DNA from: a virus
UHGV virus genome: UHGV-0282409
Length of the DNA: 17,466 bases
Strand: one strand, 5' to 3'
Below are positions 14,866 to 17,466 of the stretch, in pieces; within the stretch, counting starts at the first letter, position 1; each line of letters opens with the position of its first letter. The position numbers and the translations under genes are program-made. The notes under the pieces are model-generated. The model did not search any database. It was given only the letters and a program-made list of their open reading frames with translations, and was not told the DNA's origin.

Positions 14866-17466
14866 TTAGAATCTGTAAGATACCTGGAACATGCCGTTGG
14901 TACCCCAGGTGTAATACTTCTTAGGATTCTTTGAGAACTGGTAGAGGCGTGGATTCTTCACGTTGCCGTTAGCATCCAGTGTATAGCTTGAACGAGAGTT
15001 CTGCTCATATCCGCCTGTTACGATGGTCTGGTTGTTCAGCAGGTTGGTAATCATGAGGTTGAAGTTGAGAGAACCCTTCTTCAGTCTCACGCTCTTGCCT
15101 ATGCTCAGGTCAACCATCCATCCTCCGTGACCCTTCTCCTGGGCTACAGCATCCTCAGTCCAACTCATACCGTCGAGAGTAGTAGGAGCAAAGATTTCAG
15201 GGAATGCCTTGTAGGCAGCCTGGCGGTTGGTCAGCACCTTCTCATATCTGTAGCTTGGAGAATAAGAGAGGTAGATGCGGTCGTAGTAGGTGGCATTGAG
15301 GTTGACGAACCATCCGTTTACGTGGGCATCGAGACCGATGCTTCCCACTGTGAGCGGTGTGCCACTCTCGCGCATATTCATCACGTAAGCCTTGTCCTGG
15401 TAAACCTCAGCACTCTTTGAGAGCATGTATACGGCGTTTACATTGTTGATGTTCTTCGCCTCGCTCATAGCGCCCAGAGTCTTCAGGTCGAGCCATGATG
15501 TAAGCTTGAACTTAGCGCCCACCTCTACACCATAGTATTCCTTCTTCAGTCCGGTCATGCTCACGTAGGTGAATGAATTCTCATCATCGTTGTAGAAGTT
15601 CTGCCATTCCGTAACGTTCTCCAGTCGGCTGTAGTAACCGCTCACGTTGGCACTCAGCCATGCGTTGCGATACAGATAGCTGAATTCAGAGCTGAAGATG
15701 CGCTCGTTCTTGAGGTTAGTCACGAAGTCGTTGCTGATTTCAGGCGAGATGAAGGCTGTGCTTGCCATCGGCGCACGCAGCTCGTATCCGGCTCCGATGC
15801 TGAAGGCATGGCCTCTGCCCATATCCACGTTCAGGCTTCCCTTTACGCCACCGTCCAGGAAGTTGGCTGTGCCGCTCTTGCCCTGGCTGTTGTTCGGTGC
15901 CATACCATTGCTCATGTAGCCGCGGCGGTTCATTCCGGTATATCCGATACGTCCGCTCAGCATCGCCTTCATATTGTAGAATTCGGCAGTATAGGTGCTC
16001 CATGCGTTTGCCTTGTTTACGTCGATGCGATAGTCGTAACCGAACTTGTCACCCTCGTAAACCAGCTTGCCTGTGTTGTTAGGACCGGCTGTGTTCAGGT
16101 CGTACTGCACACGTGGGTCGGTCTTAGGATAATCGCCCAAGGCATAGGTGTTGATGTTGTGGAAGATGGCACCGCCCAGCATGTCTTCCAATGTCTGATA
16201 GTGCTGGTTGGTACTCTTTCCGAGCATGATACCCGTGGCCAGGTTCGATTTCTTGGTCAGCTTGGTGTTCAGCACGGATGACAGGGTCAGGGTCAGGTTG
16301 TCGTTGTGCTTAGCCTGAACATAGTAGAGCAGATCCTGTCCGTTCTTGGCTGCCTGCTGGTTGGCATAGTACAGGCGGTCCCAGTTGATCTGGCGGTTCT
16401 GCTTGCTTGCCTGCCAGTAGTTTACGGCGTTGTTCCAGTTTTCCCAGGTATACATGTTGTTGCCGTTCTTGTAGTCGCCCCATACATAGTAGTTGGCTGA
16501 TGGCATGTTCTTCCAGTAGTCTGGCTGTGGATTCTCAGCGTTGTTGTAGTTGAGCTTGGTGCTCTTGTACATAGAGTATTTTCCGAACACCGATGTGGTG
16601 AGCTTCATCTGGTCGTTGATTTCCCAGTCCCATGTAGCGATAGCCGAAGGAGCAAAGTCGTTCACTACGCGTGAGTTTCTCTTGTGTCCGTTCTGATATC
16701 CCCAGTATGGGTTATACTGGTAGTCGTTTGCCAGCCAGTAAGCCTCGTCGGTAGATGCTCCCTGGGTGCTTCTTTCTGTCGGGTTACCCCATGTTGAGAA
16801 GCTCAGCGAGTGGCCGTTCATCCACTTCTTCTGTACACCGAAGAAATAGGAGAGGGCGTTGTAGATGGTTCCCTCTACGTATCCCTGGTTAGCCCAGCGG
16901 TAGGTGAGACCGGCTGTAATGGCCCATCCCTTCTCGTTGAATCCGCTGGAGTAGGAGTAGAGTCCGCGCAGGGTATAATTGCGGTTGGCAACACCTACGC
17001 TGGCATACTGTCCTTCCTGCATGCTTCCGGCACGGAAATCATAGTTGTTGGAGCCTGCCATGCCCGTCATCGAATAGCCGTTGGCTTCGAAAGGCAGGGC
17101 GAAGTCTACGTTTCTGGAGAATCGGTTCAAACCGCCGATGTTGGAGAAACGGAACTGTCCGGTCTCCATATCGTTCATGGAAGCACCGTTGATATAGACA
17201 TCGTTGTACTTCTGGTTGAAGGCACGGTAGCGGAAACGTGCTGGCGAGAACAGGTAACCTGCCTGGCTCGCGTATACGTTGCTGGTAGAATTGAGGATGG
17301 TGACATTGGATGACATGTCATCGTCCTCGCCCAACTGTGCCTCGGAGAAGGTGAAAGCATTCTCGTCGAGTCCCTGGGCTATGTTCTGGTCAGTCTTTTC
17401 GTTCTGAGCCATAGCCAATGAACACGAGAAGAGCGCTAACATTGCTAAGTTTACTTTCTTCTGCAT
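14866..17466 (-). CDS. outer-membrane beta-barrel protein, 866 aa (TonB-dependent-receptor-like or porin-like; family unresolved)
   Basis: ATG is the last 3 nt of the window (17464-17466). MQKKVNLAMLALFSCSLAMAQNE... signal peptide; Tyr/Trp/Asn/Gly-rich with alternating polar/aromatic strands; C-terminal ...GTNGMFQVSYRF with terminal Phe, typical of outer-membrane barrels. No canonical TonB box or clear plug recognised by eye. Confidence 0.7.
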   Translation of the reverse strand: MQKKVNLAMLALFSCSLAMAQNEKTDQNIAQGLDENAFTFSEAQLGEDDDMSSNVTILNSTSNVYASQAGYLFSPARFRYRAFNQKYNDVYINGASMNDMETGQFRFSNIGGLNRFSRNVDFALPFEANGYSMTGMAGSNNYDFRAGSMQEGQYASVGVANRNYTLRGLYSYSSGFNEKGWAITAGLTYRWANQGYVEGTIYNALSYFFGVQKKWMNGHSLSFSTWGNPTERSTQGASTDEAYWLANDYQYNPYWGYQNGHKRNSRVVNDFAPSAIATWDWEINDQMKLTTSVFGKYSMYKSTKLNYNNAENPQPDYWKNMPSANYYVWGDYKNGNNMYTWENWNNAVNYWQASKQNRQINWDRLYYANQQAAKNGQDLLYYVQAKHNDNLTLTLSSVLNTKLTKKSNLATGIMLGKSTNQHYQTLEDMLGGAIFHNINTYALGDYPKTDPRVQYDLNTAGPNNTGKLVYEGDKFGYDYRIDVNKANAWSTYTAEFYNMKAMLSGRIGYTGMNRRGYMSNGMAPNNSQGKSGTANFLDGGVKGSLNVDMGRGHAFSIGAGYELRAPMASTAFISPEISNDFVTNLKNERIFSSEFSYLYRNAWLSANVSGYYSRLENVTEWQNFYNDDENSFTYVSMTGLKKEYYGVEVGAKFKLTSWLDLKTLGAMSEAKNINNVNAVYMLSKSAEVYQDKAYVMNMRESGTPLTVGSIGLDAHVNGWFVNLNATYYDRIYLSYSPSYRYEKVLTNRQAAYKAFPEIFAPTTLDGMSWTEDAVAQEKGHGGWMVDLSIGKSVRLKKGSLNFNLMITNLLNNQTIVTGGYEQNSRSSYTLDANGNVKNPRLYQFSKNPKKYYTWGTNGMFQVSYRF

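Noticed and set aside
15808-16281. 157-aa plus-strand ORF and other plus-strand ORFs in 15100..17360
   Set aside because: Antisense to the 866-aa barrel ORF, which has a signal peptide and a beta-barrel C-terminus; these are shadow ORFs.
14866-17466. Calling the barrel and its lipoproteins a SusC/SusD polysaccharide utilisation pair
   Set aside because: I could not see a TonB box or a convincing plug domain in the barrel, and the lipoproteins (407 and ~160 aa, beta-rich with a shared small domain) do not look like a helical SusD; the resemblance is architectural only.
1-17466. CRISPR arrays, tRNA/tmRNA genes, integrase, attachment sites, lysis or immunity genes, toxin-antitoxin or defence cargo in the prophage part
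   Set aside because: No repeat-spacer periodicity, no tRNA-like structures, and every sizeable ORF in 1-13 kb is accounted for by structural/morphogenesis functions. The only ORF without an assigned role is the doubtful 73-aa frame at 9940..10161, which matches no toxin-antitoxin or defence family I can recognise.

Overview
All calls below come from reading the sequence and the supplied ORF track, with protein families recognised from memory; no database search was run. The window is two unrelated pieces joined around 13.04 kb, and every gene in both pieces is on the minus strand. (A) Positions 1 to ~13040 are the late morphogenesis operon of an enterobacterial lambdoid siphovirus prophage, reading from high to low coordinates: terminase large subunit (C-terminal fragment only), prohead protease-scaffold-capsid fusion, a small ORF, an unusually long portal, four HK97-like head-tail joining genes, major tail protein with Ig-like C-terminus, tail chaperone G and G-T (-1 frameshift), tape measure, then lambda-like M, L and K (K cut by the window start). 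Several genes overlap by 1-8 nt at stop/start, and three short hairpin-plus-U-tract elements lie in intergenic gaps. (B) Positions ~13040 to 17466 are a Bacteroidales-type block (lipoprotein signal peptides, AT-rich intergenic spacers, different codon preference) encoding a large outer-membrane beta-barrel and two lipoproteins that share a domain. The smaller lipoprotein runs in frame, without a stop, into the terminase fragment, and the window ends exactly on the start codon of the barrel gene, so I suspect a chimeric or constructed join rather than one natural locus. I found no tRNA, rRNA, CRISPR array, integrase, att site or recognisable defence/toxin gene. The unexplained content is the junction, the Bacteroidales three-gene block, the portal C-terminal extension and the head gene order.
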